Counted from the first letter of the stretch, positions 18,216 to 28,571 are shown. The stretch: 64,000 nucleotides of DNA from a virus (IMGVR_UViG_3300022821_000015:1-64000); one strand, 5' to 3'. Numbers and translations: made by a program. The notes: generated by a model not told the origin, from the sequence alone.

Positions 18216-19615
18216 TAACTTTTTCCACTCAGCGCTTGCAGCATATCTGTAAGTTTGGATGACTGAACATCCGCTTTGACATGCATTGGTTCTATTAACG
18301 TAGGTTCATCATTGTCCTCGTTGCCTTCTTGACGGGTTTTAATACGTTGCATGATGTCACTGGACGGCTCGGTTCCGAGGACTTGAGCTTCCTCGCCTAT
18401 GTCAGTAATGCGAAGTGTTTCGGTATCAAACCCAAGGTCAATCGTTTGCCCAACACCACCCGATGATCTTGTCTTCATAAGCTGGATTTGATAGCGTCCT
18501 AGTTCTCGCATTTTGCGTGTGGTACGAATACCAAACAGGTTGTCCGCCGTATTAATCTTTGAAATACCGCCCGAAATCATCGAATGATCGAATTCAACTT
18601 CATCGACCGCCGTGCGGTTTAGCTGGGATGCCGTAACAAATAATATATCAAGTTCCTTGGCAAAGTTGCGCAATTCTTCCGACACATACTTGTCCTTAAC
18701 AAACAAGTCACTAGGAGATACCTTTGCAGAAACCGGCATCAACAAATCAAGATAGTCAACCATAAGGAAGTCAATCTTTCGTCCCGTTCTTACTTGCAAC
18801 TCTTTAAGATACGAACGCATATTGTTGACAGTGCTTTGCGATGGCATATATTTGATCTGAAGACTACCTGATTTCGTACCCGCACTCTTAACTTTCCACT
18901 CAACGTCATCGAGGTTCCTGAAGATTTCACGCGAATGTGTGCCAGTGACCATACTATCAATACGCATCGCACATAGCTCTTCAGCCAATTCCAGCGATAT
19001 ATACACGCCATTCAAACCATTAAATACCCAGTTCACGGCAATATTCTGCATAAACAGTGACTTCCCCGATCCTGATCCACCAGCGAAAATGTTTAGTTCA
19101 CCTTTGTTAAATCCGCCATATAGGCGACGGTCAAGCGTCGGCCAGCCCGTAGAATTTTGTCCATTGCTATCTCTCAACTTCAGTAGGCGGGCGCGGGGAT
19201 TATCAAAATAATCCGTCCCAATATCCTTAGTCAATGATATTTGCACTGCGTCTTTAATTAGCTTTTCGATTGGCTCGTATTCTTGCTTTTCAATCATATC
19301 TGCTGCTGTCAAGATAGCACGATTCAACTCGCTAAATTTAGTGAATCCTTCAAATTCCTTCAAAAACCAATCGTAATGTTCCTCTGTTAGTTCTGGAACG
19401 GGTTCTAATTGTGTTCCGGTCTTAGCTTTGATTTGTTCTCTGGTAGGCAGTGTGCTATGCGCCTCTGCGTGTTCAGCCATAAACTCAGCAGCCTTGCGCA
19501 ATGATCTATCAAAGTTGCTTACATTGTAAATATCTTGTACTCGCACATAACTTTGTGCATCTTCTAGCATCATTTCTAAAAATAGTCGTTGTAAATCTGG
19601 TGTATATTCGCTCAA
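18215..19615 (-). CDS. Replicative DNA helicase (gp41/DnaB-like)
   Basis: AGGSGSGKSLF, YISLEL, VDYLDL, TASQLNR, KTR. Confidence 0.95.
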   Translation of the reverse strand: MSEYTPDLQRLFLEMMLEDAQSYVRVQDIYNVSNFDRSLRKAAEFMAEHAEAHSTLPTREQIKAKTGTQLEPVPELTEEHYDWFLKEFEGFTKFSELNRAILTAADMIEKQEYEPIEKLIKDAVQISLTKDIGTDYFDNPRARLLKLRDSNGQNSTGWPTLDRRLYGGFNKGELNIFAGGSGSGKSLFMQNIAVNWVFNGLNGVYISLELAEELCAMRIDSMVTGTHSREIFRNLDDVEWKVKSAGTKSGSLQIKYMPSQSTVNNMRSYLKELQVRTGRKIDFLMVDYLDLLMPVSAKVSPSDLFVKDKYVSEELRNFAKELDILFVTASQLNRTAVDEVEFDHSMISGGISKINTADNLFGIRTTRKMRELGRYQIQLMKTRSSGGVGQTIDLGFDTETLRITDIGEEAQVLGTEPSSDIMQRIKTRQEGNEDNDEPTLIEPMHVKADVQSSKLTDMLQALSGKS

Positions 19616-20649
19616 TACTTCTTCCTCGTCAATTCAATCTTCAATCTCGTATCATACTTATGTGCCATAATATGCTGGAATGTATATAGTTTTCCATACT
19701 TACATACAGCGGCATTGACATCATCGATATCGGGGTCTTCCCAATCTGGAAAGCTTACATTCCAGCCACATTCCAATGCCACGTCTACAAGCTTTTGTCC
19801 CGGTGCGCCCCGATCTGGCACCACTATAACTTCTCGGTTTAGCATATCGATGATTTCCGCTTTTGTTTCACTAACTTCATTACCAAGCATCGCCACCCCG
19901 TTAATAGCCAAAGCATCAAATGGACCCTCGGTAACAAGCACAACTTTTGCATCGGGCATCTGTGCGTCAGTATTGAATACATAGTTGGAATCCGATTTGT
20001 TGTAATATTTCATTTGCTTGTTGTCATCAATACAACGAGCAGTATATCCGATGATTTCATTATTCCACTTATACGGGATAATAAGTCGGCGATTCATTTT
20101 TTGTGCTATGGAAACTTTTTCAGGTGTCCAATACATATCAGAAACTTGTTCGTGTGTGAGTCCACGTTTTTCAACTGCGTATGCAACAACATCCATTAAA
20201 TCGTCGGGTATTGTTTCAAAGTCGGCGATAGCATAAAATGTCAATAGTTCTTCAATGCGTTTCGCCTTTTCTGGCAACGGTTCCGGTTCAAAGTGAATAT
20301 TGATTTCTTCCTTATCGGTTTCAACAACACCCTCTTCGTCACGAATGCGCATTGATTCAAAAACTAATCGCTTAATTACGCCTTCGTCGATACCAATCCA
20401 AGACATAAACTTCCGCATCTTGTAACTAAGATGCCATCCGGGTTGCCAACCAGTCTTAAAGTTGCAGTTAAAGCAATGATATGATACCATATCGCCATTA
20501 AGGATTAGTCCACCCCGACCTCGTTTGTCAGGAGTTTCCCCGTTATGGACACAACACACGCCATTTGACGTGATCCAACCTTTACTGGATTTACGTGTTT
20601 TGCGCCCCATTGTCCAAGCAGACGATACGGCATCTTGAATTTTATTCAT
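19612..20649 (-). CDS. DNA primase (gp61-like)
   Basis: Zn finger CVH...HCFNC; GYTAR; TOPRIM EGPFDA, PDRG. Confidence 0.9.
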   Translation of the reverse strand: MNKIQDAVSSAWTMGRKTRKSSKGWITSNGVCCVHNGETPDKRGRGGLILNGDMVSYHCFNCNFKTGWQPGWHLSYKMRKFMSWIGIDEGVIKRLVFESMRIRDEEGVVETDKEEINIHFEPEPLPEKAKRIEELLTFYAIADFETIPDDLMDVVAYAVEKRGLTHEQVSDMYWTPEKVSIAQKMNRRLIIPYKWNNEIIGYTARCIDDNKQMKYYNKSDSNYVFNTDAQMPDAKVVLVTEGPFDALAINGVAMLGNEVSETKAEIIDMLNREVIVVPDRGAPGQKLVDVALECGWNVSFPDWEDPDIDDVNAAVCKYGKLYTFQHIMAHKYDTRLKIELTRKKY

Positions 20650-20655
20650 AGTATA

Positions 20656-21294
20656 TTATATCAAATTGGGGTAAGCCGTGTCTATAAATTCTTTTACTCT
20701 TTCGGCTATCCATATATGACCTTCTTCATTCGGATGCCCGCCACTTGCGAAATGATTGGGCAATAGATGGTCTTTCATACAAGTGCCTGACCAAAACATA
20801 TTTTTATCATTGATTGAATAAGCGGGCAACGAATTGAAGCCAATATATTTGAAACCTTTTGCTTTCGCCGTGTTCATCATAGCTGATGCCATTGTTACAT
20901 ATTGCATACGTTCATATTCTTCTGACCACGTATGTGTAACATAATCTTTATACGAGTTATCGAAACGATTTACATTATTTGCATTTGTTCCGTTTGTTAT
21001 CCAAGATGAATGTTTCCATTCACGGTCAGTGCTATCGTACCAGCTTTCACGGGATGGGTCGGTGAATGCGAACACATAGAATGTATCAGGGGATGCTGTC
21101 TCGGCATGGTTCATAAACGCATAAAACATTGACTTCATTGTTCCGCCGGGGTGTGCTAAGTTTTCGTTTGGTCCAAGTAATCCAAGGAAACATTTATCGT
21201 GTTGATATTTTATTGTGTCGTGCCACGTGGTTGCATTAGGCGGTACAAGCTCTGAACCATACATCCAAGAGCAACCAAATCCTACATACTTCAT
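20656..21294 (-). CDS. SGNH-hydrolase-like protein
   Basis: FGCSWMYGSEL...GGHPNEEGH. Confidence 0.7.
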   Translation of the reverse strand: MKYVGFGCSWMYGSELVPPNATTWHDTIKYQHDKCFLGLLGPNENLAHPGGTMKSMFYAFMNHAETASPDTFYVFAFTDPSRESWYDSTDREWKHSSWITNGTNANNVNRFDNSYKDYVTHTWSEEYERMQYVTMASAMMNTAKAKGFKYIGFNSLPAYSINDKNMFWSGTCMKDHLLPNHFASGGHPNEEGHIWIAERVKEFIDTAYPNLI

Positions 21295-21300
21295 ACTCTA

Positions 21301-21654
21301 TTAATCTACCTCATCAACTTGTTCAACGTTTATCGCAGAAGAAGGAATATCCCCGTAATAAACACACTGGTCTGTCTCGGACAAGCTTTCAACCCAATCA
21401 TTAGCAGAGTTTGTATGGTCGTCGTCTGGTTGCATCAAACTCATATCAAGTTGGGTAATATCAATACTCAATAGATATATAACATCACTGCCAGTTCTTT
21501 CAGCATCAGTCATCGCGTATTCAAAAGCAAGGTCGGGGTTATCTGTAAGATAAACGCCATTTAGCCTACCACCCATACGAAGACCTTTAGATTTCACATC
21601 TGAAGAAGTTCCGTGCCATAATATAGTGTGATTCTCAAACTCATACAATCGCAT
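21301..21654 (-). CDS. Hypothetical protein with ADP-ribosyltransferase-like motifs
   Basis: LWHGT...GVYLTDN...YA; MRLYEF start. Confidence 0.5.
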   Translation of the reverse strand: MRLYEFENHTILWHGTSSDVKSKGLRMGGRLNGVYLTDNPDLAFEYAMTDAERTGSDVIYLLSIDITQLDMSLMQPDDDHTNSANDWVESLSETDQCVYYGDIPSSAINVEQVDEVD

Positions 21655-21659
21655 ATTAT

Positions 21660-22421
21660 TTAATGCCTATAAAGAACGCTGGATACCGTATTGGTTGTAT
21701 CTGCCTTAACGAATCTAATAGCACTAAAAACACCAGTCCAGTTAACATAAGCATTACCCGTCTGTGCAGTATAACTCACCGTATTAATATCAACCCAGTT
21801 GAATGTGGTTTGGTTAGCAACATCGTCCATTGTTCCTTGAATAGTCACGCTTCCCGTATATGGCTCAGTGAAATAGAACTGTGCGGTATGAAGTGCGTTA
21901 TTATTATTGTTCAAACGTGGATATGCTTGTGCTGCTGATGTTACTGTGCCGCCAGTGAATGCTAATGACACACTTTCACGAAACTCTGGAAATACACCGT
22001 GCTTAACTTGTAACTGACCTGCTGCACTATAGTTGTCGTCGGTATACGCTACGTGCTGAACGTTTTCGCCGTCCACCACTTTAACACTCCACGTGTAATA
22101 CTGCTCATTAATATCAAGTAAGTCGGATTCACTGATAACCAACTTGGCTATACCATTCGGACCATCTTCAAGTGTCATCGGTCGGGTAAGGTGTGTAATA
22201 TGGCTTTCGTTATCGATAATATTAAAAGTGATTACCTTATCTAACATATTCACCTTCTTTTGGTCGTTGTTTCTAAAGTTGAAGGAAACGGTGTTATCGA
22301 TTCCTCTATACAATGTCATATTTCTACTATACACGTTTTCCTGTCTCCCTGCTGTCAATACACTGGTAGTTAGATTGATATCCATAGTTTGTTTGTAAAG
22401 GTAAATGTATTGTTTATTCAT
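21660..22421 (-). CDS. Probable virion structural protein (BppU-like N-terminus)
   Basis: LYRGIDNTVSFNFRNNDQK; LHTAQFY...IQGTM. Confidence 0.6.
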   Translation of the reverse strand: MNKQYIYLYKQTMDINLTTSVLTAGRQENVYSRNMTLYRGIDNTVSFNFRNNDQKKVNMLDKVITFNIIDNESHITHLTRPMTLEDGPNGIAKLVISESDLLDINEQYYTWSVKVVDGENVQHVAYTDDNYSAAGQLQVKHGVFPEFRESVSLAFTGGTVTSAAQAYPRLNNNNNALHTAQFYFTEPYTGSVTIQGTMDDVANQTTFNWVDINTVSYTAQTGNAYVNWTGVFSAIRFVKADTTNTVSSVLYRH

Positions 22422-22445
22422 ATGGTATTTATACTAAATACTCGT

Positions 22446-22970
22446 ATGAAAGCATTTGAGATTATCGCCGCAATAGCCCAACAGAAATCCGAAAAGGATA
22501 GCCCAATGATGCAAGCTGATTGGAATAAGATTGATGATACGCTCATCAATGCCGATAATGGCTTCGTCAACCCTAAAAAAAGAATAAAAGAAAACGTACT
22601 GACCGAACTTCACGATAAGGTTTTACGATGGGAATGGGGCGATACAAATAATGACGGCGAGGTTAGTGCCTACTTCCACACCCCGAAAGGTCAGGAAATA
22701 ATAGTAGTGTTCTCCGAAACGAATGAAGGAGATTGGGATGCTACGTTTACTACCGGTGAAAGTTACGAGGTAACCGGCGATGGTGAGAACTTCATTATTT
22801 TCTCCACGGTACTTAGAATATTGAAAGACTTTGCTTATGGCTATCAGCCAACATATATAAGGTTTGAGGCTGACGAACCAAATAGACAGAGACTATATGC
22901 AAAGATGCTGGACAGACAGCACATACGATATGATAACGACAATGGTACATTTAAATTGCATCTGATGTGA
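22446..22970 (+). CDS. Hypothetical protein, possible head-internal
   Basis: MKAFEI start 5 nt after TAAATA; TGDGENFIIFSTV...RQRLY. Confidence 0.6.
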   Translation: MKAFEIIAAIAQQKSEKDSPMMQADWNKIDDTLINADNGFVNPKKRIKENVLTELHDKVLRWEWGDTNNDGEVSAYFHTPKGQEIIVVFSETNEGDWDATFTTGESYEVTGDGENFIIFSTVLRILKDFAYGYQPTYIRFEADEPNRQRLYAKMLDRQHIRYDNDNGTFKLHLM

Positions 22971-22986
22971 TACACTAAATAAACCT

Positions 22987-23370
22987 ATGGAAGATGCAAA
23001 TCTATTCGCTAAAATCGCAAAAAAGTATCCATTTATCAGTCATATAACCTATGGCGGGAATGAGTTCATCGGTATTATTCAAAATAAGGATAAGATGATA
23101 ACATCATTATATGATTATTCCAAGATTAAATCTATGGAAGAAAAGACATCGTTTATCGAACTGGGCGATACTTGGTGGTGGGAATCGAATCGTCAAATCC
23201 CAATAAATATCTTTCTCAAGAATCTATGGGATTTTAAAGACGTTCTAGTAACTATGAATAGCAAGGACTGTGACATTATCAACGGTCCATACGTAAGTCT
23301 ATCCGAAATATCATCAAAGCGTATTAAACGCACCAACATTCAGCTGGTGCGCCGTGTCAAGCCGAAATAG
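22987..23370 (+). CDS. Conserved hypothetical protein
   Basis: KYPFIS...WWWESNRQIPINIFL. Confidence 0.75.
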   Translation: MEDANLFAKIAKKYPFISHITYGGNEFIGIIQNKDKMITSLYDYSKIKSMEEKTSFIELGDTWWWESNRQIPINIFLKNLWDFKDVLVTMNSKDCDIINGPYVSLSEISSKRIKRTNIQLVRRVKPK

Positions 23371-23941
23371 TTTCATCAAGCAAGTTCATGTGCACTTTAA
23401 CCAGTTCTGCGTAACTGATTGCGTGACTATGTTTAAATGCATAGCCATCGTCTGTCTTATCCCATACCGTTTGTGATATTTCTTTCCAAGGTTTATCTTG
23501 AAGATGTTTCTTTCCGGGACGAATAACTGATATAAACATAGCCATTCGGGCTACGCTATCTGGTTTCATTTTGATAAGTAAATCAAAGTAGTTACCAATA
23601 TGTATTATTTTACCACAAAAGTCTTTGTCAGTCCATATTCTTTTCCAGTTAGGTTCACGTGCCATCAACTCGTTCAAGTGTTCTTCATCTCGCACAAGTT
23701 CATATACATGCACGTTCAGAATATCAAGCTTGATATAGCCAAGGGTTTCTGCTTCTTTATAATCAATCGCCGCCATTTTCGTGCGGGGGTCGAAGCCAAT
23801 ATCGGTGACGTATATACCAGTATTGTGCTTGACCATTTTCCCTTCACGATTGATAGAAGCGTTGACATAGGAAATATGCTCTAGAACTTTTGTTCTGTCG
23901 GCTGTATCTATGTCAACGTCTGGTAAATCAAAGTGTGCCAT
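23357..23941 (-). CDS. Miniature DNA polymerase III alpha (family C) catalytic-core protein, 194 aa
   Basis: PDVDID, KHNTGIYV, KLDILNV, IRPG, GYAFKHSHAISYA. Confidence 0.82.
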   Translation of the reverse strand: MAHFDLPDVDIDTADRTKVLEHISYVNASINREGKMVKHNTGIYVTDIGFDPRTKMAAIDYKEAETLGYIKLDILNVHVYELVRDEEHLNELMAREPNWKRIWTDKDFCGKIIHIGNYFDLLIKMKPDSVARMAMFISVIRPGKKHLQDKPWKEISQTVWDKTDDGYAFKHSHAISYAELVKVHMNLLDETISA

Positions 23942-24299
23942 CTTTACGCATTTGTTCCCTGATTTTGGTTGCACTGATTTCTTGGGTTGCTTCATCTAAT
24001 ACTTCTTCGGTAATAGCATACCCTACCCCACGACCATAAACGATTTCTGTAATATTCGGCACTAACATAATATCATATTGCTTACCGATATGAAAACTGT
24101 GACTATTCAAACCTTCAATAATATTTGCCTTAACGGTATTGAAATCAAATGGGTTGTCTTCGACACCGTTCACATCACGTATTTGAATCATTACCTGACC
24201 CGTCTTGGCATAGGCTCGCTTGAATAGTTCAAGGTGACCATCATGCCATGGCTGAAATCTCCCCAATAGTTGCACTGTCGGCTTTTTCCAATCAAACAT
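23928..24299 (-). CDS. Cytidylyltransferase-like nucleotidyltransferase domain protein
   Basis: GRFQPWHDGH...NPF...ISATKIR. Confidence 0.85.
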   Translation of the reverse strand: MFDWKKPTVQLLGRFQPWHDGHLELFKRAYAKTGQVMIQIRDVNGVEDNPFDFNTVKANIIEGLNSHSFHIGKQYDIMLVPNITEIVYGRGVGYAITEEVLDEATQEISATKIREQMRKDGTL

Positions 24300-24465
24300 T
24301 TTTTGTTTCCTCGTACATCCGTATTACTACCTCGTGTGTTTCACGTACACGATAGTCAACGCCTTGCGTGCGTACAAGCGTGTTTGCCCCTAAGTGTTCA
24401 ATCGATTGGATATGCTCGGGTATCACATAAACTTCTACATTTGTTTCTGATAAGTGTAATCTCAT
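24292..24465 (-). CDS. Small hypothetical protein (57 aa)
   Basis: Hand translation MRLHLSETNVEVYVIPEHIQSIE...VRET; overlaps both neighbours. Confidence 0.55.
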   Translation of the reverse strand: MRLHLSETNVEVYVIPEHIQSIEHLGANTLVRTQGVDYRVRETHEVVIRMYEETKNV

Positions 24466-25154
24466 AATCTTGCTTCCTTTAACATTGTCTTCATATATTC
24501 TACATCTGATATGTAGTTATCAAATCGTTTCATCCAATAATCTGGATCAATATAACGAAACACCATTCCAACGTGGTCTGCATTAAAACTTCCCAAACAT
24601 TCCTGTCCACTATCACAGTTATATAATACCCACGGCGATATATCACCACGTAATATATCATTACAAATAACCGATGGTGCCGCATATTTAAAATAGTGAT
24701 ACCATTCACCTTCGTGCGTATCTGCCCATCTAATCATAGTCTCAAATGCCCGATGTAAGGTATCGCTTGGATTTTCTTTACGAAGCATATCAATAAGATA
24801 GTCTTCATATAATGCATCACTACACCATTTGTCTAATTTTTTTCCACTGTTGATTACGAAATCAATATACTTCTCTGGCTTTTTAGCACTAATCATTTTG
24901 ATATGGCGTCCAAATTTTACGAACGCTATGTAGAATTGTGACTCCATAAATTCCTGATAGGTTGGCGGGGTTTGCTTGTTTTGCTTTATCTTATAAAATC
25001 GCAGATAGGTTCGATAACCAAGCTGGACACCTCGCTCGTTTTCTTGTTCTTTGCGACGTTTCTTTTCACAGGAATGCGCAAATAATGTTGTTTCCCTGCG
25101 GTATGATTTACCACAAAAGTTGCACTTAAATTGCGGACTTAATTCGCTTTGCAT
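24462..25154 (-). CDS. Conserved replication-module protein with N-terminal zinc finger
   Basis: CNFCGKSY...HSC. Confidence 0.7.
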   Translation of the reverse strand: MQSELSPQFKCNFCGKSYRRETTLFAHSCEKKRRKEQENERGVQLGYRTYLRFYKIKQNKQTPPTYQEFMESQFYIAFVKFGRHIKMISAKKPEKYIDFVINSGKKLDKWCSDALYEDYLIDMLRKENPSDTLHRAFETMIRWADTHEGEWYHYFKYAAPSVICNDILRGDISPWVLYNCDSGQECLGSFNADHVGMVFRYIDPDYWMKRFDNYISDVEYMKTMLKEARL

Positions 25155-25587
25155 CCCATCCCCTATCTAGTAGCATCTGTTTAACATCTTCCTTAGTATA
25201 TATCACATCTAGCGTTTCCAATTCCATGTCACCCAGATTGGGAAATATTTCTTCAAGGACTGCAATTTTCTTGTTCTTAGTCTTCTTCGCCATAGGCACC
25301 CATTCGTGAAATTGTTTACCCATATTCGGACTAATATCACATAGCATATTCCACATTAACTTCTTGTGTTTGCTATTCAAATCCCAAAATCCTGTATTCA
25401 CAAACTCATTGGTAGCACGGAAATACCATTCTTTAAGGTCTTTGCCGCCACCTTTACAAAATGCCATATACCGTATTAGCACATACGGCTGGATTTCCTT
25501 TTGTTCTTCTTCGTTCAGATTATCAAAGAACGCTCGGTCTTTACGATCCAGTGCGGATAATACTGATGATAATGCTAGTTTAGCCAT
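25126..25587 (-). CDS. Putative clamp-loader small subunit (gp62-like)
   Basis: PYVLIRYM...N...H.KLMW...HEWVP; sits in the replication module. Confidence 0.55.
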   Translation of the reverse strand: MAKLALSSVLSALDRKDRAFFDNLNEEEQKEIQPYVLIRYMAFCKGGGKDLKEWYFRATNEFVNTGFWDLNSKHKKLMWNMLCDISPNMGKQFHEWVPMAKKTKNKKIAVLEEIFPNLGDMELETLDVIYTKEDVKQMLLDRGWDAKRIKSAI

Positions 25588-25846
25588 AGTTGTCGTATAC
25601 CTGTTTAATTTCATTTGCGAACATAAGATCGAAAAAGAACGTATCTTTTAGTTCCTTAAAGTGTAACACATAAATGGTAGTAGAATTAATTTTCATAACT
25701 ACTATTTCAGTTCTGAATTCAATCCGTTCAATCATTCCCGACCGTTTAATGAATTCACTTATCTCGTCAACTATTTGGGTGTTGCGTAGATTATAGTGAT
25801 AAACTCTCGGCTCCACTTTTAAAATCGTTGCTGTATTACTGCTCAT
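25580..25846 (-). CDS. Hypothetical protein
   Basis: ORF in a packed operon. Confidence 0.55.
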   Translation of the reverse strand: MSSNTATILKVEPRVYHYNLRNTQIVDEISEFIKRSGMIERIEFRTEIVVMKINSTTIYVLHFKELKDTFFFDLMFANEIKQVYDNYG

Positions 25847-26234
25847 ACTTTTGTTCGGTTGCGTAAACCTTGTCGTCATCTGGACCTACATAGGCGTGAT
25901 TGATTAGGGCACGATTAGTAGACTTGGATAACCCATCAATCATTGCTTGTTTGTCAAACTCAACGAACTCTTTTTTATCTACTTTAATACCTTTTGATTG
26001 TAACTTGCCAATCACGTCATTATATTCTTCTACTAAAAGCTTATAGATTTCCGAAGCGATAATATATTCAACTCGATTAATAGAATCGTGAATAGCCTTG
26101 CGACATTTTAATCTACCTGATACTTTTACAGACGCACATCTAAATTCATTAAAATTAAGATTATCAAGTGATTTCATAATCGCAAGTCGTTCGTCTAATA
26201 AGTCGTCAATCTCTTTTATGTCGCACAATTCCAT
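25836..26234 (-). CDS. Hypothetical protein
   Basis: ORF in a packed operon. Confidence 0.55.
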   Translation of the reverse strand: MELCDIKEIDDLLDERLAIMKSLDNLNFNEFRCASVKVSGRLKCRKAIHDSINRVEYIIASEIYKLLVEEYNDVIGKLQSKGIKVDKKEFVEFDKQAMIDGLSKSTNRALINHAYVGPDDDKVYATEQKYEQ

Positions 26235-26735
26235 CTACCATACCTTACTGATATCTACGACTTCACATTGTCTCGTAATATCTTTAACGAAGTATACACA
26301 ATCTGGACTGTCGCCACCTTCAAGTGGTATAGCTAATAGTTGACCCGGCTTTAACTTCGGAAAGAACCAGCGGACTTCAGTATATACATCTGCCAACTCA
26401 ATAAGATGATATTGCGGTGTCTTTTTGCCGATAGGATTAAAGACAAATGCTTTGAATCCACGGTCATTGATGCTGGTTAATGGCACAACTTCAAGGTCGC
26501 CGAAATCTGGTTCACCGATTAATATTTGCCAATCCACTGGCATCTTGATACGCTTGTCGCCAATCTGCATAACTAGTGCGGGGGCGTTGAATGATTCAAG
26601 AAAGATTAGTGGTGAAAAGTAATAGTCAGGGTCGGACGGATCACTGTTATCAAGGACACAAAAACGCATATCATCGATTTCTTCTGGTAGCTCATCAATC
26701 TCAAATGTGCTATTTTCGTTTGTTAAAATTCTCAT
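26235..26735 (-). CDS. Conserved hypothetical protein
   Basis: MRILT...PLIFLESFNAPA...WFFPKLK. Confidence 0.75.
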   Translation of the reverse strand: MRILTNENSTFEIDELPEEIDDMRFCVLDNSDPSDPDYYFSPLIFLESFNAPALVMQIGDKRIKMPVDWQILIGEPDFGDLEVVPLTSINDRGFKAFVFNPIGKKTPQYHLIELADVYTEVRWFFPKLKPGQLLAIPLEGGDSPDCVYFVKDITRQCEVVDISKVW

Positions 26736-27196
26736 TTGTTATCCTTTTTATATGGATTATCACTATCAGCACACATTTCCAATGTAAACTGATAGTGTTC
26801 CCATGCTTTCTGTGCCACTGGATAGTTTGCTCTTGTCCACGTTTCGAACCGTTCGTTTGCAAGAACTTCTTCTGCTCGGCGTTTTCTATCGTATTCTTGA
26901 TATTGATCAAAGTCGCTGCGCTTTTTATCAATTTCTAACATAATATTTTCACGATCTAATTCGGAAATATATAATAAAGCATCGAGTGGCATTGTTGCCC
27001 TAACATTAGACACTTCTTCAACTTCGTGTTCGATCATAACAGACGCATCCATTGGGTTGACCGCATAAAAATTTTCTGGAAGCGTGGCTCGGATATATTT
27101 ACGAGTATCATCCATGCGAATATTTGTTATGGAATTTCGATGAAAAAATTCTTCGAGTTTGAATTTGTCCCGTGATCGTAGTTTTTCAAAAATCAT
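26732..27196 (-). CDS. Hypothetical protein (YPAxxKAWEHYQF family)
   Basis: C-terminal RANYPVAQKAWEHYQFTL. Confidence 0.65.
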   Translation of the reverse strand: MIFEKLRSRDKFKLEEFFHRNSITNIRMDDTRKYIRATLPENFYAVNPMDASVMIEHEVEEVSNVRATMPLDALLYISELDRENIMLEIDKKRSDFDQYQEYDRKRRAEEVLANERFETWTRANYPVAQKAWEHYQFTLEMCADSDNPYKKDNK

Positions 27197-27492
27197 TTAC
27201 TTACCATTTGTTTTGTGAATTGATAATGTTCCCACGCTTTTTGTGCTGCTGGAAAATCTTCACGGATTTTATTTTCTTCTTCTTTTTCAGCTTTCAATAT
27301 GCTAATTTCTGTCGCCAATCTTTTAATTTCGTCTTGCATCATTGTTAACTGATATCCGATATGGTTATTGCCAAGTTCTTTCGGTTGGGAGTTTCCACTT
27401 GAAATATAGCAATCCGTAATATAATTACGATTTGAATAATCATCGGGGTCATAATAAATGTTAGATGCTTGTAGTGTTGTTACTGGTTTCAT
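27193..27492 (-). CDS. Hypothetical protein (YPAxxKAWEHYQF family)
   Basis: REDFPAAQKAWEHYQFTK. Confidence 0.6.
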   Translation of the reverse strand: MKPVTTLQASNIYYDPDDYSNRNYITDCYISSGNSQPKELGNNHIGYQLTMMQDEIKRLATEISILKAEKEEENKIREDFPAAQKAWEHYQFTKQMVSK

Positions 27493-27709
27493 TACATAAT
27501 CCTTTTACAAATTCATATTTCTTATGTGCTTCTTCAACAGCTGGATACTCTGTTCGCATTCGTTGATCTTCTTTAATATCTTCAATCAATGGCATTATAT
27601 AGTTTATTGCCGCAATCATATGATTGATTTGTTCAATGTCTATTCGGTCGTGGGGGCTGATGTGCGGAATAGGGACAAACGGTTTACCATAAGTGGATAT
27701 TGCTGTCAT
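27461..27709 (-). CDS. Hypothetical protein (YPAxxKAWEHYQF family)
   Basis: RTEYPAVEEAHKKYEFVK. Confidence 0.6.
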   Translation of the reverse strand: MTAISTYGKPFVPIPHISPHDRIDIEQINHMIAAINYIMPLIEDIKEDQRMRTEYPAVEEAHKKYEFVKGLCNETSNNTTSI

Positions 27710-27719
27710 TTACTTAAAC

Positions 27720-28571
27720 CTATTGCCAGTCCACTTTTTCGATTGAATATTCATATTGCGCTTCTTTGTAGAATTTCTTCCTTTGGGTAAGATGCCGCTT
27801 CGCAAACTTACACGTTGACGTAACGTCCCAAATCTGCACGAAATCCTTGTCTTCCGCTTTACGGATACCCCGCCCAATACTCTGGATAACACGAATGAAA
27901 CTCTTGCCCGGTTCCAACAACATAAGATTAAAGATGCGAGGTATGTTGATACCCACAGCAGCAACGCCATAGGTGGCAACGATAATCTTATTAGTTCCTG
28001 TTTTAATCTCGTCATAGGTTTCCTTTCGCTTATCGCCTTTTGTAGCACCACTTACGAACATAGCATCAAAGCCGTTATCGTTTAGTTTTACTACAATATC
28101 TTTACCCGCCTGAACACGGTCTACAAGGACAAGCATATTACCACTTTTACTTACCGTTGCAATAAGACCCGCCAAATAGTTCTGACGTTCGTTATCTGTT
28201 AACAAATATTTCAGTTCGCTTTGGTAGTTCGGGTATTCTTTAATGTCTATTAATTGTACCACATTTACATGGCAATTTGCAAGCACTCCTTTCTCCTGAA
28301 GTGATTTTGCTGATACCTCATTCAATACAGGACCGATAGCACATAGGATACCAGCCTTTGCTAACTCTTCTTTCGGAACGGTTCCCGTCAATCCCCAACG
28401 AACAGGAATATGTGCCATTGGACCCGTTAGAATATTTTTCAGCATATCAGCTTTTGCACCGTGACAGTTCGATACGACTACGTTGTTCGCCACATAATTG
28501 TGGTTATTCTCCACATGAAGATTGTATGTTATTGCTGGCTTTTTTATTATTATCTTAGATTTCATTTTCAT
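27720..28571 (-). CDS. uvsW: UvsW helicase C-part: IntC (35 aa, 28467-28571) + C-extein
   Basis: TYNLHVENNHNYVANNVVVSN|CHGAKA...GLTGT...IQSIGRGIR. Confidence 0.92.
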   Translation of the reverse strand: MKMKSKIIIKKPAITYNLHVENNHNYVANNVVVSNCHGAKADMLKNILTGPMAHIPVRWGLTGTVPKEELAKAGILCAIGPVLNEVSAKSLQEKGVLANCHVNVVQLIDIKEYPNYQSELKYLLTDNERQNYLAGLIATVSKSGNMLVLVDRVQAGKDIVVKLNDNGFDAMFVSGATKGDKRKETYDEIKTGTNKIIVATYGVAAVGINIPRIFNLMLLEPGKSFIRVIQSIGRGIRKAEDKDFVQIWDVTSTCKFAKRHLTQRKKFYKEAQYEYSIEKVDWQ

